Assembly: GCA_029260345.1 (NCBI GenBank)
Contig: JAJDDK010000007.1
Coordinates: 126,226-190,225, forward strand
DNA: 64,000 nt
Reading direction: 5' to 3'
From: Phycisphaerales bacterium
GTDB lineage: Bacteria; Planctomycetota; Phycisphaerae; Phycisphaerales; UBA1924
Every line of letters starts with the position of its first letter. Position 1 is the first letter of the stretch. The translations under genes were made by a program, and so were the position numbers. This document shows, in pieces, positions 1 through 9,355 of the stretch. The notes under the pieces are model-generated. The model did no database searches, had not been told where the DNA came from, and worked only from the letters and a program-made list of their open reading frames with translations.

Positions 1-74
1 CGCGATCGGTCTCGCTGCAAGTCCTGCCCGATGCGCCGTCGGATTCGCGGCCGAATCAGATTCGTAAATCGAAA

Positions 75-2033
75 ATGGGGCCACGCCGTGCCGCAGTCCT
101 GATTCTCGTGCATGTGCTGATTCTGGCCCACATCATTCAATGGAAACTCACGGGCAGCACCGTCAGTCCGGTCGAGCCATCGGAATCGATGTACACGCTC
201 GAGCAAGGCCTCGTGAACGCCGGTTTCATTTTCTTCGCCGTTGCCATTCTCTCGACGCTTATCTTCGGCCGCTTTTTCTGTGGCTGGGCGTGTCACGTCG
301 TCGCGCTGCAAGACTTGTGCGGCTGGATGATGAAGAAACTCGGTGTGCGACCGAAGCCGTTTCGCTCGCGCCTGCTCATCATTTTTCCGTTGCTGCTTGC
401 GCTGTACATGTTCGTATGGCCGACCGTGAAGCGCGTCGCCGTTGTACCGCTCTTCCGCGATCTGGAATGGAATCAGGCGCTGGCGATCATCGGGGCGCCT
501 CCCGCATTTCCCGGATTTCACAACGATCTCATCACCGATGATTTCTGGGCGACGTTTCCGACAATCTGGGTCGCTATTCCGTTCTTCCTGATCTGCGGCT
601 TCGCCACGGTGTACTTCCTCGGCGCCAAGGGATTCTGCACGTACGGATGTCCGTACGGCGGATTCTTTGCGCCGGCTGACAAAGTCGCGCCGGGGCGCAT
701 CATTGTTGATCACGACAAGTGCCACCAGTGCGGCCATTGCACCGCTGTTTGCACCTCAAACGTGCGCGTTCACGAAGAAATTCGTGAGTACGGCATGGTC
801 GTCGACCCCGGCTGCATGAAGTGCATGGACTGCGTGAGTGTATGTCCAAACGACGCGCTCTCGTTCGGCTTTGCGAAGCCTGCTGTGATCAAGGGCCCTC
901 CCAAAACGGCGCCGCCAAAGCGAAAATTTGATCTGACCTGGCCGGAAGAAATTGCCTGCGCCATCATTCTGATCGCGTCGTTCTTCGCATGGCGCGGCAT
1001 CTACGGCGTGGTGCCAATGCTCATGGCGGCAGGAATCAGCGGCATCACCGCGTTCATCGCCTGGAAATTGTGGCGGATGGCGCGCGATCGCGATGTGCGC
1101 ATCATCGGCGCGCAGCTCAAACGGGCTGGCCGAATCAAGCCCGCGGGCATCGTCTTTGCGGCACTGGCCGGGCTTGCTCTCGTTGCGACGGCGCATTCTC
1201 TTTTCGTTCGCTACCACTGGTGGCGCGGTGATCTGATTGACGCAACGGTGCTGGTCGCGCGCAATGACGCCTTCAATCCTGATCCTGATGCTGTTTCTGA
1301 TGAAATGAAATCGCGCGCCCGCGAAGCGCTGAAACATTACCACCTCGCCAGCGGGTTCCAGAATGGCGGCGTAGCGCTGGCCGAGACGCCGAGCGTGCAA
1401 ATGCGATCAGCGTGGCTCCACCTGGTCGCGGGAGATCGAAATGAAGCGGTCAAGACGCTGCAGGACTTGGATGACCGATTCGGATACGCCGATACGCGCA
1501 CGCTCGACCTCGCCTCTATCCTCGCGTTTGACGGTCGCGAAGAGGAAGCGGTGGCGTATCTGGAGGACGTGCTCAAGGACCAGCCAACCTTCACGCTCAG
1601 CCGCAATCTTCTGGTTTCAGCGCGTCTCTCACGCGGCGAGACCGAAGCCGCGATCACCGCGCGGCGTGAAGCCATTGATCCCAATGACCGTAATACGCTG
1701 CGACAAGCTGCGGCGTATGCGCAGCTCGGTGGGCTGCTACTGCAATTGAATCAGGCGGATGAGGCGGCGCCGGCGCTGCGCCGTGCGTCTGAGTTGTCGC
1801 CGGACGATGCGTCGATTCAGAACGACTATGCCGTGGCCCTCTTTCTCATCGGAGACCGGGACGCCGCCGTCGAGCACATGCGCGAAGCGGCGCGACTGTC
1901 ACCCAACGATGCGCTTGTGCACGTGCGCCTCGGCCAGATGCTGATGCAGCTCGGGCGTCAAGCGGAAGCGCAGCAAGCCATGGACGACGCTCGACGCATT
2001 GATCCGTCGATCTTTGAGCCGGCGCCGCGGTAG
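75..2033 (+). CDS. Membrane polyferredoxin (NapH/MauN-like 4Fe-4S protein) fused to a C-terminal TPR-repeat domain
   Basis: ATG at 75. N-terminal TM helices. 'FCGWACHV' and 'CxxCxxCxxxCP' ferredoxin motifs (CHQCGHCTAVC, CMKCMDCVSVCP). C-terminal half consists of TPR-like repeats. Full-length high-GC3 ORF. Confidence 0.6.
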   Translation: MGPRRAAVLILVHVLILAHIIQWKLTGSTVSPVEPSESMYTLEQGLVNAGFIFFAVAILSTLIFGRFFCGWACHVVALQDLCGWMMKKLGVRPKPFRSRLLIIFPLLLALYMFVWPTVKRVAVVPLFRDLEWNQALAIIGAPPAFPGFHNDLITDDFWATFPTIWVAIPFFLICGFATVYFLGAKGFCTYGCPYGGFFAPADKVAPGRIIVDHDKCHQCGHCTAVCTSNVRVHEEIREYGMVVDPGCMKCMDCVSVCPNDALSFGFAKPAVIKGPPKTAPPKRKFDLTWPEEIACAIILIASFFAWRGIYGVVPMLMAAGISGITAFIAWKLWRMARDRDVRIIGAQLKRAGRIKPAGIVFAALAGLALVATAHSLFVRYHWWRGDLIDATVLVARNDAFNPDPDAVSDEMKSRAREALKHYHLASGFQNGGVALAETPSVQMRSAWLHLVAGDRNEAVKTLQDLDDRFGYADTRTLDLASILAFDGREEEAVAYLEDVLKDQPTFTLSRNLLVSARLSRGETEAAITARREAIDPNDRNTLRQAAAYAQLGGLLLQLNQADEAAPALRRASELSPDDASIQNDYAVALFLIGDRDAAVEHMREAARLSPNDALVHVRLGQMLMQLGRQAEAQQAMDDARRIDPSIFEPAPR

Positions 2034-2043
2034 CGCATTCGGT

Positions 2044-3429
2044 TCAGCAAGAGCCCCAATTGGCGAGCAGTTGCGCGAGGTCTTCGCCATTGACGGAGCC
2101 GCTGCCATCGATGTCTGCCGACCCAGACATTCCCCATTGCGCGAGCAAAGTCGCAAGGTCATCACCGTTGACGAATCCGTCGCCGTTGAAGTCCGCCACG
2201 CACGGCGCTTCACCGGGCGCCTGGATCATGCCGGAGACTGACGCCAGAGCGCCGGGTTTGAACAGTCCGATCGTTCCCATCGCCTCGACAGGCGGCGCCG
2301 TTGCGATGAAACTGAAGTTGTACATCGTGCCCCAACGAATCGCGTTGGCGTTCGGCATCGTCGCGAAGTCTTCCGTCGCCCATGTCACGGCGCCCGAGCC
2401 TTCGGCGCCGGCCCAGTCGGCGCTGTCGATCGCTTCCCCTGAGTGATAATCCACATCGTGGAATCCGAGATCGCTGACGTGCACGCCGCTCGGAACCGGG
2501 ACGGTGAATGAACCGGCGCTGCGGTCGCAATTCATGTTGTACACCGCGTAGTCATAGCGCCAGTCGCCATCGCCGATGTCGCTGACTCGCGACGCCACGA
2601 TGAACCGGCCACCACCTTCGCCTGTGGCGTCAACGTGCGCCATCGAAACGCTCGGGTCAATCGCAGCCCAGCCTTCGATCATCGTCGTCATCGGCGTCGT
2701 CGAGCCGACGAAATCGACCGGCGTATTTGGCATGAATCCGAAATTCGCAATATCGAGTTCGCGATACGACACATTGTTGTTCGCGGCGCCGGCGGCGGCG
2801 TCCTGCGGATGAATGTACTGGCCTTCCACAAACCAGCGAGCACCGGCATTCATGGCGGGCAGGATGTCCGTTTCCGCCACCTGAATGCGCGAGCGAATTG
2901 TGGAGGGGGTCGATCCTTCCGCCACGCTGTGCGGCCACGCAAAAGCGCCCGTCGTCGCGTTCACTTCCGAGCGCGGCCCGAGCAGTTGCGAGTTCGCATT
3001 GAGATTGACGCTGTACGGATCGGAACATCCCGGCGCGAGATAATTCAGACAAACAGGGAATGGATTCTGGCAAACGCCGCACCCCGTGTCCTGCTGAACG
3101 GCGCAGAACCCATGCTTCACCCACGCCATGCCGACTTGCTGCAGCACGCCATCTTTGAGTCGATACATGTTCTGCGCAATGACAGGGTGCTGGAATCCTT
3201 CTTGAATCCAATCGAGATTGACATCGCCTGCATTTCCTGCCGTCGTGCCGACGGAGAACGCATGAATGCCGCCACTGGCGCCCCAGTAGCCATTGGCTTG
3301 CAATGAGCAGACCCAGACGTCGGCGAACGATCCGCCTTCATCACCAGCCGGCGCCAAGGCCGCCGGTGACAAGACTGCCGCGGCGAGCAATGCCCGTTGA
3401 ATCAACACATTCATCTTTCGCTCCTTCAA
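2044..3429 (-). CDS. Secreted Cys-rich protein, uncharacterized paralog family (copy 1), C-terminal dockerin-like tandem Ca-binding repeats
   Basis: Signal peptide. Conserved core 'DVWVC…HGFCAVQQ…GC..C…PGCSDPY…IRSRLQV'. Ends 'DFNGDGFVNGDDLATLLAQWG…DGSGSVNGEDLAQLLANWGSC'. AAGGAG SD 8 nt upstream of ATG 3429. Confidence 0.7.
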   Translation of the reverse strand: MKERKMNVLIQRALLAAAVLSPAALAPAGDEGGSFADVWVCSLQANGYWGASGGIHAFSVGTTAGNAGDVNLDWIQEGFQHPVIAQNMYRLKDGVLQQVGMAWVKHGFCAVQQDTGCGVCQNPFPVCLNYLAPGCSDPYSVNLNANSQLLGPRSEVNATTGAFAWPHSVAEGSTPSTIRSRIQVAETDILPAMNAGARWFVEGQYIHPQDAAAGAANNNVSYRELDIANFGFMPNTPVDFVGSTTPMTTMIEGWAAIDPSVSMAHVDATGEGGGRFIVASRVSDIGDGDWRYDYAVYNMNCDRSAGSFTVPVPSGVHVSDLGFHDVDYHSGEAIDSADWAGAEGSGAVTWATEDFATMPNANAIRWGTMYNFSFIATAPPVEAMGTIGLFKPGALASVSGMIQAPGEAPCVADFNGDGFVNGDDLATLLAQWGMSGSADIDGSGSVNGEDLAQLLANWGSC

Positions 3430-3451
3430 TCACTGAGCGCACGGAGCGCGT

Positions 3452-4855
3452 TCAGCATGAGCCCCAATTGGCGAGCAGTTGCGCGAGATCCGCGCCATCC
3501 ACCGCGCCGCTGCTGTCGAGATCCGCCGCGCCGCCCATCCCCCACAGTGCCAGCAAGGTGGCCAGGTCCGCGCCGTCAACGATGCCATCGCCGTTGAAGT
3601 CCGCCGCGCACGGCGCTTCGCCCGGCGCCTGGACGGCAGCAGTCACACCAACTGGTGACCCTGTCTTGAACAGTCCAATCGTTGCATTTGTCGTGACCGG
3701 AGCAGCGTTCGCATCAAAACGGAAGTTGTACATGGTCGACCAGCGCAGCGCATTGGCCATCGGATCAATATCGAAACTCGTGGTGGACCACGTCACGGCG
3801 GAATCGCCTTCGGTCGCGGCCCAGTCGGCGCCGTCGTAGAGCTCGCCGGAGTGGTATTCCGCGTCATGGAAACCGACGTTCGAGAGATTGGCGCCGTCAC
3901 CGACCGGCACACTGAACGAGCCGGCGGCGCGATCCGCATTCATGTTGTACACGGCGTATTCGTAATGCCATGTGCCATCGCCGTTGTCGCTGGCGCGTGA
4001 AGCGACGATCAATCGCCCGCCGCCTTCGCCTGACACCTCAATGTGTTCGACCTGAACGGTCGGATCAATGTCGGCCCAGCCTTCGATCATCGCCTTCATC
4101 CCGATCGTTGTGCCGATTGGACTGACGGAGGAGTTGGGCGTGAACGAAAACCCGCCGATGTTGAATTCGCGGTGGCTTGCGTTGTTGTTGTCAACGTTGG
4201 CCTGCGCATCCTGCGGGTGGACGTACTGGCCTTCGACGAACCAGCGGGCGCCTTCGTTCTGCGCCGGATTCACATATTCATCGCGCACTTGAAGGCGCGA
4301 TCGAATGACCGCCGGGACGCCCGGATCACCCACGGCATGCGGAAACGGAAAGACGCCAGTTGTGGGATTCACTTCCGAACGAGGGCCAAGTCGAAACGTC
4401 GTCGCATTCAGAGCAGCGTCATACGGATCGGAGCACCCCGGCTTCAGGAAACTCAGGCAGCCGCCGGAGACCACGCAGGCGCCGCACCCAATGTTTTGCT
4501 GCACCGCGCAGAATCCATGCTTGAGCCATGACATGCCCACTTGCTCGAGCACGCCCTCTTTGAGGCGGTACATGTTCTGGGCAATCACCGGGTGCTGGTT
4601 GTTGGTGTCCACCCAGTTGAGATTGACATTGCCGGCGTTTGCCGACGTTGTGGCGATCGAAAAAGCATGGATGCCGTCGGCTTGGCCCCAGTAGGCGGTG
4701 GATGGCAGATAGCACACCCAGACGTCTGGCATGGCGCCGCCCTCCGTCGGCGCATGTGCCACGGGCAATGCATCGCGCGGACCGGCCGCGGTCGAGATCG
4801 CCGCCAGCGCGCAGGCCAAGACTGCTATTCCACTCATTCGCCCCATAGGAATCAT
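3452..4855 (-). CDS. Secreted Cys-rich protein, same paralog family (copy 2), dockerin-like C-terminus
   Basis: Collinear similarity to 2044..3429 and 5108..6550 along the whole length. GGGAG SD before ATG 4855. C-terminal 'DFNGDGIVDGADLATLLALWG…GAVDGADLAQLLANWGSC'. Confidence 0.7.
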   Translation of the reverse strand: MIPMGRMSGIAVLACALAAISTAAGPRDALPVAHAPTEGGAMPDVWVCYLPSTAYWGQADGIHAFSIATTSANAGNVNLNWVDTNNQHPVIAQNMYRLKEGVLEQVGMSWLKHGFCAVQQNIGCGACVVSGGCLSFLKPGCSDPYDAALNATTFRLGPRSEVNPTTGVFPFPHAVGDPGVPAVIRSRLQVRDEYVNPAQNEGARWFVEGQYVHPQDAQANVDNNNASHREFNIGGFSFTPNSSVSPIGTTIGMKAMIEGWADIDPTVQVEHIEVSGEGGGRLIVASRASDNGDGTWHYEYAVYNMNADRAAGSFSVPVGDGANLSNVGFHDAEYHSGELYDGADWAATEGDSAVTWSTTSFDIDPMANALRWSTMYNFRFDANAAPVTTNATIGLFKTGSPVGVTAAVQAPGEAPCAADFNGDGIVDGADLATLLALWGMGGAADLDSSGAVDGADLAQLLANWGSC

Positions 4856-5023
4856 GAATCACTCCCGATGCGATCACTTCGCAGCGACGTGCACTCGGCG
4901 CCCCGTTGCACGACCAACTCTCTGCCGCAAGGACACTTATCGTAAACGAGCGGAGTCCAGAAACATAGACCCATTCGTCAAATTAGGGAGTTAGACCTAC
5001 GACCGGATCGTATTTGGCGAGGG

Positions 5024-5059
5024 TAAAAAAAACACCGCCGGGAACTGGTCCCGGCGGTG
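5024..5059 (-). terminator. Rho-independent terminator downstream of paralog copy 3
   Basis: 11-bp perfect stem 'caccgccggga/tcccggcggtg' with 5-nt loop. Flanked by an A8 run on the + strand, which is a U-run on the minus transcript. Lies 50 nt after the stop of 5108..6550. Confidence 0.5.
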
Positions 5060-5107
5060 TCGATCAATCAGAAATTCAAACCCTCAGTCGAGGATTCTGC
5101 GGACGGT

Positions 5108-6550
5108 TTAGCAGCCGCCCCAGTTGGCCAGGAGCGCAGCAAGGTCAGCACCATTGACTGTGCCGCTGCCGTCGAAGTCGGCTGAGCCGGGGCCGCCGAA
5201 CTGGGCCAGAAGGTTCGCCAGGTCGGAGCCATCCACGAAGCCGTCTCCATTGAGATCGCCCGTACAGATGCCTTCGCCGGGCGCCTGAACCGCGACCGTC
5301 ATGTTCGAAGGCGAACCTGGCTTGAAGAAGCCAACCGTGGCGTTCGCCTGCACCGGAGCGGCATTGGCGATGAAGCGGAAGTTGTACATCGTCGCCCAGC
5401 GAATCGCGTTGGCGTTCGGGTTGGACGCGAAGCTCGTCGTCGCCCACGTCACGGCGCCGGCGCCTTCGGAACCGGGCCAATCCGTGCCGTCGTAGATTTC
5501 ACCGGAGTGATAGTCGACGTCATGGAAGCCAATGCTCGTGGCGTTCACACCGTTTCCGACCGGGACACTGAAGCTGCCCACAGCGCGGTCCGCATTCATA
5601 TTGAACACGGCGTACTCATACGACCAGAAGCCGCCACCGAGCTCTTCGGCGCGAGACGCGATGAAGAAGCGACCGCCGCCAGTGCCGAGCAAGTCAATGT
5701 GTTCGACCTGCACGGATGGGTCGATGTCGCCCCAGCCTTCAATAATCGTGCGCATGCCGACGGTGCCGCCGATCGGGGGAACTGCGGCGCTCGGACCATA
5801 GTTGTAGTTCTGAAGAGCGACTTCGCGATAGCTCGCATTGTTGTTGTCGAGCGAAGTGGCCGGGTTGTTGTCGGGAACCGCGCCGGCGTCCTGCGGGTGC
5901 ACGTACTGGCCCTGCATGAAGTAGCGAGCGCCCGGATTCATCGCCGTATCAAGATCATTGATATCGACCTGCAAACGTGATCGAATCGCGGACGAAACGG
6001 AGCCACTGCCAACCGAGTGCGGCCATGCAAAGACACCGGTGCTCGGATTCACCTCAGAGCGCGGCCCAAGCAAATTGGTGCTCGCATTGAGATCAGCGCT
6101 GTACGGGTCAGCGCAACCGGGCTGGAGGAAGCTGAGACAGCCGCCGCCACCGGGGCAGTTTCCGCAACCACCAATGTTCTGTTGCAAAGCGCAGAAGCCG
6201 TGCTTCAGCCACGACATACCAATGTGCTCAAGAATGCCGTCCTTCAGACGGTACATGTCCTGAGAAATCACCGGATGCTGCGTGCCGTTCTGAATCCACT
6301 GCAAGTTAATGTTGCCTGCATTTGCGGACGTCGTGGCGATGGAGAACGCGCGCTTGCCGCTGTTCGTTGCCCAATAGGCCGTCACAGGCAGCGTGCAAAC
6401 CCACACGTCGGGCGATGCAATGCCTTCCGGGGTGGCTTCGGCGTCCACCGGGGCGCGCGTGCTCAACGATTCAGCCGTCGCCGTCATCGCCGTGAACGCG
6501 AGCCCAAAGGCGGCCGTTCCCGCCATTCCGATTCGAATCATCTTCTTCAT
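5108..6550 (-). CDS. Secreted Cys-rich protein, same paralog family (copy 3), dockerin-like C-terminus
   Basis: Signal peptide 'MKKMIRIGMAGTAAFGLAFTAMTATA'. Shares the conserved core with copies 1 and 2. GGAGAG SD before ATG 6550. Ends 'DLNGDGFVDGSDLANLLAQFGGPGSADFDGSGTVNGADLAALLANWGGC'. Confidence 0.7.
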   Translation of the reverse strand: MKKMIRIGMAGTAAFGLAFTAMTATAESLSTRAPVDAEATPEGIASPDVWVCTLPVTAYWATNSGKRAFSIATTSANAGNINLQWIQNGTQHPVISQDMYRLKDGILEHIGMSWLKHGFCALQQNIGGCGNCPGGGGCLSFLQPGCADPYSADLNASTNLLGPRSEVNPSTGVFAWPHSVGSGSVSSAIRSRLQVDINDLDTAMNPGARYFMQGQYVHPQDAGAVPDNNPATSLDNNNASYREVALQNYNYGPSAAVPPIGGTVGMRTIIEGWGDIDPSVQVEHIDLLGTGGGRFFIASRAEELGGGFWSYEYAVFNMNADRAVGSFSVPVGNGVNATSIGFHDVDYHSGEIYDGTDWPGSEGAGAVTWATTSFASNPNANAIRWATMYNFRFIANAAPVQANATVGFFKPGSPSNMTVAVQAPGEGICTGDLNGDGFVDGSDLANLLAQFGGPGSADFDGSGTVNGADLAALLANWGGC

Positions 6551-6833
6551 CGATTTCTCTCCAATTGTTCTCGATGGTCTACCCCGCGACGAGGCCCAAC
6601 CGCACCGATGCCGTCCGCGCAGGATGATCTAGTATTCCAACACCATCCTAACACACGGCCTGCCTCGTACAATCACTGATCCCCAGAAAGAACAATTCAA
6701 AGCGATTCTCGGACTATCAAGATCGCTAGCGATCAACTGCCTTATGCGGGACATACACACCAAGAATCCCGCATTACTTCGCTGAAAACCATTATGAGAC
6801 GTTCGTCCGGCTTCGAATCACCGCGATGCTTGA

Positions 6834-7724
6834 ATGCCTGACCGCCGCATGACCACACCTCATTCCAATCAGGCACGCGTCGCCCTCGAAACCACGCTGC
6901 TCGCCCACGGCGTGCCCCGAAGCGGCGCCCTTGAATTTGCCCACGAGCTTGAAGAAATGGTCCGGTCGCGAGGCGCGGCGCCGAACACCATCGGCGTCCT
7001 GCGCGGCAAGCCACTCATCGGAATGTCCCACGATCAGATCGCTGATTTCTTGTCCCAACCCGAAATCGCCAAAGCAAACAGCTCCAACCTTGGCGCCCTG
7101 ATTCATCAGAGCCGCACGGCCGCGACCACCGTGAGCACCACGATCGAGCTGGCGCACGAACAAGGCATTCAAGTCATGGCGAGTGGCGGAATCGGCGGAG
7201 TCCATCGCGGAGCCGACCTGGACATCAGCGCTGATCTGATCGCACTCACGCGAATCCCGATGGCGGTGGTGTGTTCCGGTTGCAAGACTTTGCTCGATGT
7301 CGCCGCGACGCGCGAAGCGCTCGAAACCCTCGGTGTGCCGGTTATCGGTTTTGGGACGGATGTTTTTCCAGCGTTTTACCTGCGCGACACCAATCTTCCC
7401 GTCGATGCTCGATTTGACGACGCGAGCGACTTGGGAGTTTTTCTGTCTTCAGAACTCGTCAGAACTGGGCGCGGCGTGGTCGTGTGCCAACCGGTTCCTG
7501 CTGACGACGCGATCGTGCGCGACGATTGGAATCGATGGCTCAATGGGGCGGAAGAACGCGTCGCAAATGAAGGCGCCACTGGGCGCGATGTCACGCCGCG
7601 CATTCTCAAGGCGCTGCACGACATCTCGAACGGCGCCACACTTCGCGCCAACCTGTCATTGGTCAAAGCCAACGTCGGACTCGGCGCCGATCTTGCCGTT
7701 GCGATGTCGCGCGCTCGGTTGTGA
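6834..7724 (+). CDS. psuG: Pseudouridine-5'-phosphate glycosidase (IndA/PsuG family)
   Basis: Collinear with the PsuG family: 'ALETTLLAHGVP', 'GGIGGVHRGA…DISADL', 'VVCSGCKTLLD'. Start is either ATG 6834 or ATG 6849. Confidence 0.85.
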   Translation: MPDRRMTTPHSNQARVALETTLLAHGVPRSGALEFAHELEEMVRSRGAAPNTIGVLRGKPLIGMSHDQIADFLSQPEIAKANSSNLGALIHQSRTAATTVSTTIELAHEQGIQVMASGGIGGVHRGADLDISADLIALTRIPMAVVCSGCKTLLDVAATREALETLGVPVIGFGTDVFPAFYLRDTNLPVDARFDDASDLGVFLSSELVRTGRGVVVCQPVPADDAIVRDDWNRWLNGAEERVANEGATGRDVTPRILKALHDISNGATLRANLSLVKANVGLGADLAVAMSRARL

Positions 7725-7738
7725 ATGCTCGAGGCGCG

Positions 7739-9163
7739 TTAGCCCGTCCATGCAGCGAGCAACTGCGCGAGGTCCGAGCCGTTCACCACGCCATCGCCGT
7801 TCAAATCCGCTGAACCCGGTCCGCCGAACTGCGCCAGCAAGGTGGCAAGGTCTGAGCCATTGACGAACCCATCGCCATTGAGATCCGCAGGATTGCCGAT
7901 CTGAATCGAAAAGGCGCCATCACGACCGTCGGCAAGCGTGCCTTCGAAAATGATCCACTTGCCGTTGTCGCTCATGACGAAGGCGTCTTGTCCGCTGGCA
8001 ATCGTGTCGATGATGACACCGTCAATCATTGTGACGCCTTCCTGGACCAATATTTGATCGTTGAGGAATAGGCCGGTGTCGATGTCAGTGTTGGGGTCGT
8101 CCCAGTCACCGTACCACAGCACGTCGCCGGCGTCACTGATTTGCACAGGGCCGCTGCCGGTTCCAAATGACGTCAAAGCAAATCCTGGAATTCCCGGCGG
8201 GGTGTCGCCTTCCCGCATGAAGACTGCACCGTTCGCGATGATCACTTCGTCGTCGGCTGCATCACCATCGAGGTTCGCCTTGAAGACCGCGACGCCACTG
8301 TTGTTCATGTCACGTCCGCGGCTCGAAAGGATTTCGTAATTGCGCCCGGCGAGCGGCGAGGGAGAGCCCTCTTGCGCGATGAGCGTGTTGTTGATGTAAA
8401 TCACACCATCCGTCGCCGTGTTTCCGGCAAGGTCAGCAAAGAACAGCACATCGCCGTTGTCATTGAAAGCAGAATCGTGCGGCCCGGTTCCGAAGTCGGC
8501 GACGGCTTCGACCTGCCCGCTGAGCACATCGCCTTCCTTCGCAATCACCATCTCGGCGCCCGTCATCGCATTCACCACGACGATCGCCCGGTCCACGCCG
8601 GACGGGAGCGCAATATCATCCATGGACGCGATGACCATGAGCTGATTGTTGTTGTTCACCTGGACTTCAAGAAAACCGACGTACGGCGTGTCGGGAGAGA
8701 ACCCCGATGCGGTCGAGAAGTCGCCTTCCTGAATAATGAGATCCGCATTGAAGTAGACACCCGTGTCCTGATCGCTCGGCAGCATCTCGAGGAAGAGGTT
8801 GAATCCGCCGTCTCCTGAATTGTTGAGCGTGACGGAGTCGAACGAATTAATCAGTGCGCCCGGAGGACCGGACAAACCACCGAATCCCTCACGCAACACA
8901 ACACCAGCGGCGTTCAACAGCACCGTATCCTGCTCCGTGTTGGCAAAATCCGTATCCGCTTCTATGAGCCAGTCGCCGTTGTTGTTGATCGTGACATTGT
9001 CAATTCGCGTGATAAGGCCGACGCCCGGCACGCTGTCACCTTCAAGCCTGATTGCGGCGTTGATGACGCCTGCGAAACTGCCTGCAAATGCCGTCGAGAC
9101 CGTTGTGAACGCGACCGCCACGAGACTTGCGGTGTGAATCCCAAAGTTAAGATTGCGCCCCAT
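7739..9163 (-). CDS. Secreted repeat protein (beta-propeller-like ~60-aa repeats) with C-terminal dockerin-like domain
   Basis: ATG 9163 is preceded by a GAGGAG SD at 7 nt. The track ORF begins at an upstream TTG. Signal peptide. Ends 'DLNGDGFVNGSDLATLLAQFGGPGSADLNGDGVVNGSDLAQLLAAWTG'. Confidence 0.65.
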   Translation of the reverse strand: MGRNLNFGIHTASLVAVAFTTVSTAFAGSFAGVINAAIRLEGDSVPGVGLITRIDNVTINNNGDWLIEADTDFANTEQDTVLLNAAGVVLREGFGGLSGPPGALINSFDSVTLNNSGDGGFNLFLEMLPSDQDTGVYFNADLIIQEGDFSTASGFSPDTPYVGFLEVQVNNNNQLMVIASMDDIALPSGVDRAIVVVNAMTGAEMVIAKEGDVLSGQVEAVADFGTGPHDSAFNDNGDVLFFADLAGNTATDGVIYINNTLIAQEGSPSPLAGRNYEILSSRGRDMNNSGVAVFKANLDGDAADDEVIIANGAVFMREGDTPPGIPGFALTSFGTGSGPVQISDAGDVLWYGDWDDPNTDIDTGLFLNDQILVQEGVTMIDGVIIDTIASGQDAFVMSDNGKWIIFEGTLADGRDGAFSIQIGNPADLNGDGFVNGSDLATLLAQFGGPGSADLNGDGVVNGSDLAQLLAAWTG

Positions 9164-9355
9164 TGCACTGCTCCTCAATTGCGATGCAGGAATGAATTGA
9201 ACGCCTCACCGGGGCGCTCACATGAAATTGCTTCAGCCCCAGTGTACCTGCGATGCGCTCGACACCAAGAGCAAACTGAGAAACACGGCGCGATGAAACA
9301 ACGTTCATGACGCCGCGCGATCGCGCCCGGGACACGTTGCGCAACATGTGGATAC

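Noticed and set aside
2635-4531. Multiple 150–220-aa + strand ORFs inside the paralog genes (e.g. 2635..3306, 3303..3839, 4043..4531)
   Set aside because: Arg/His-rich antisense frames of the conserved minus-strand paralogs.
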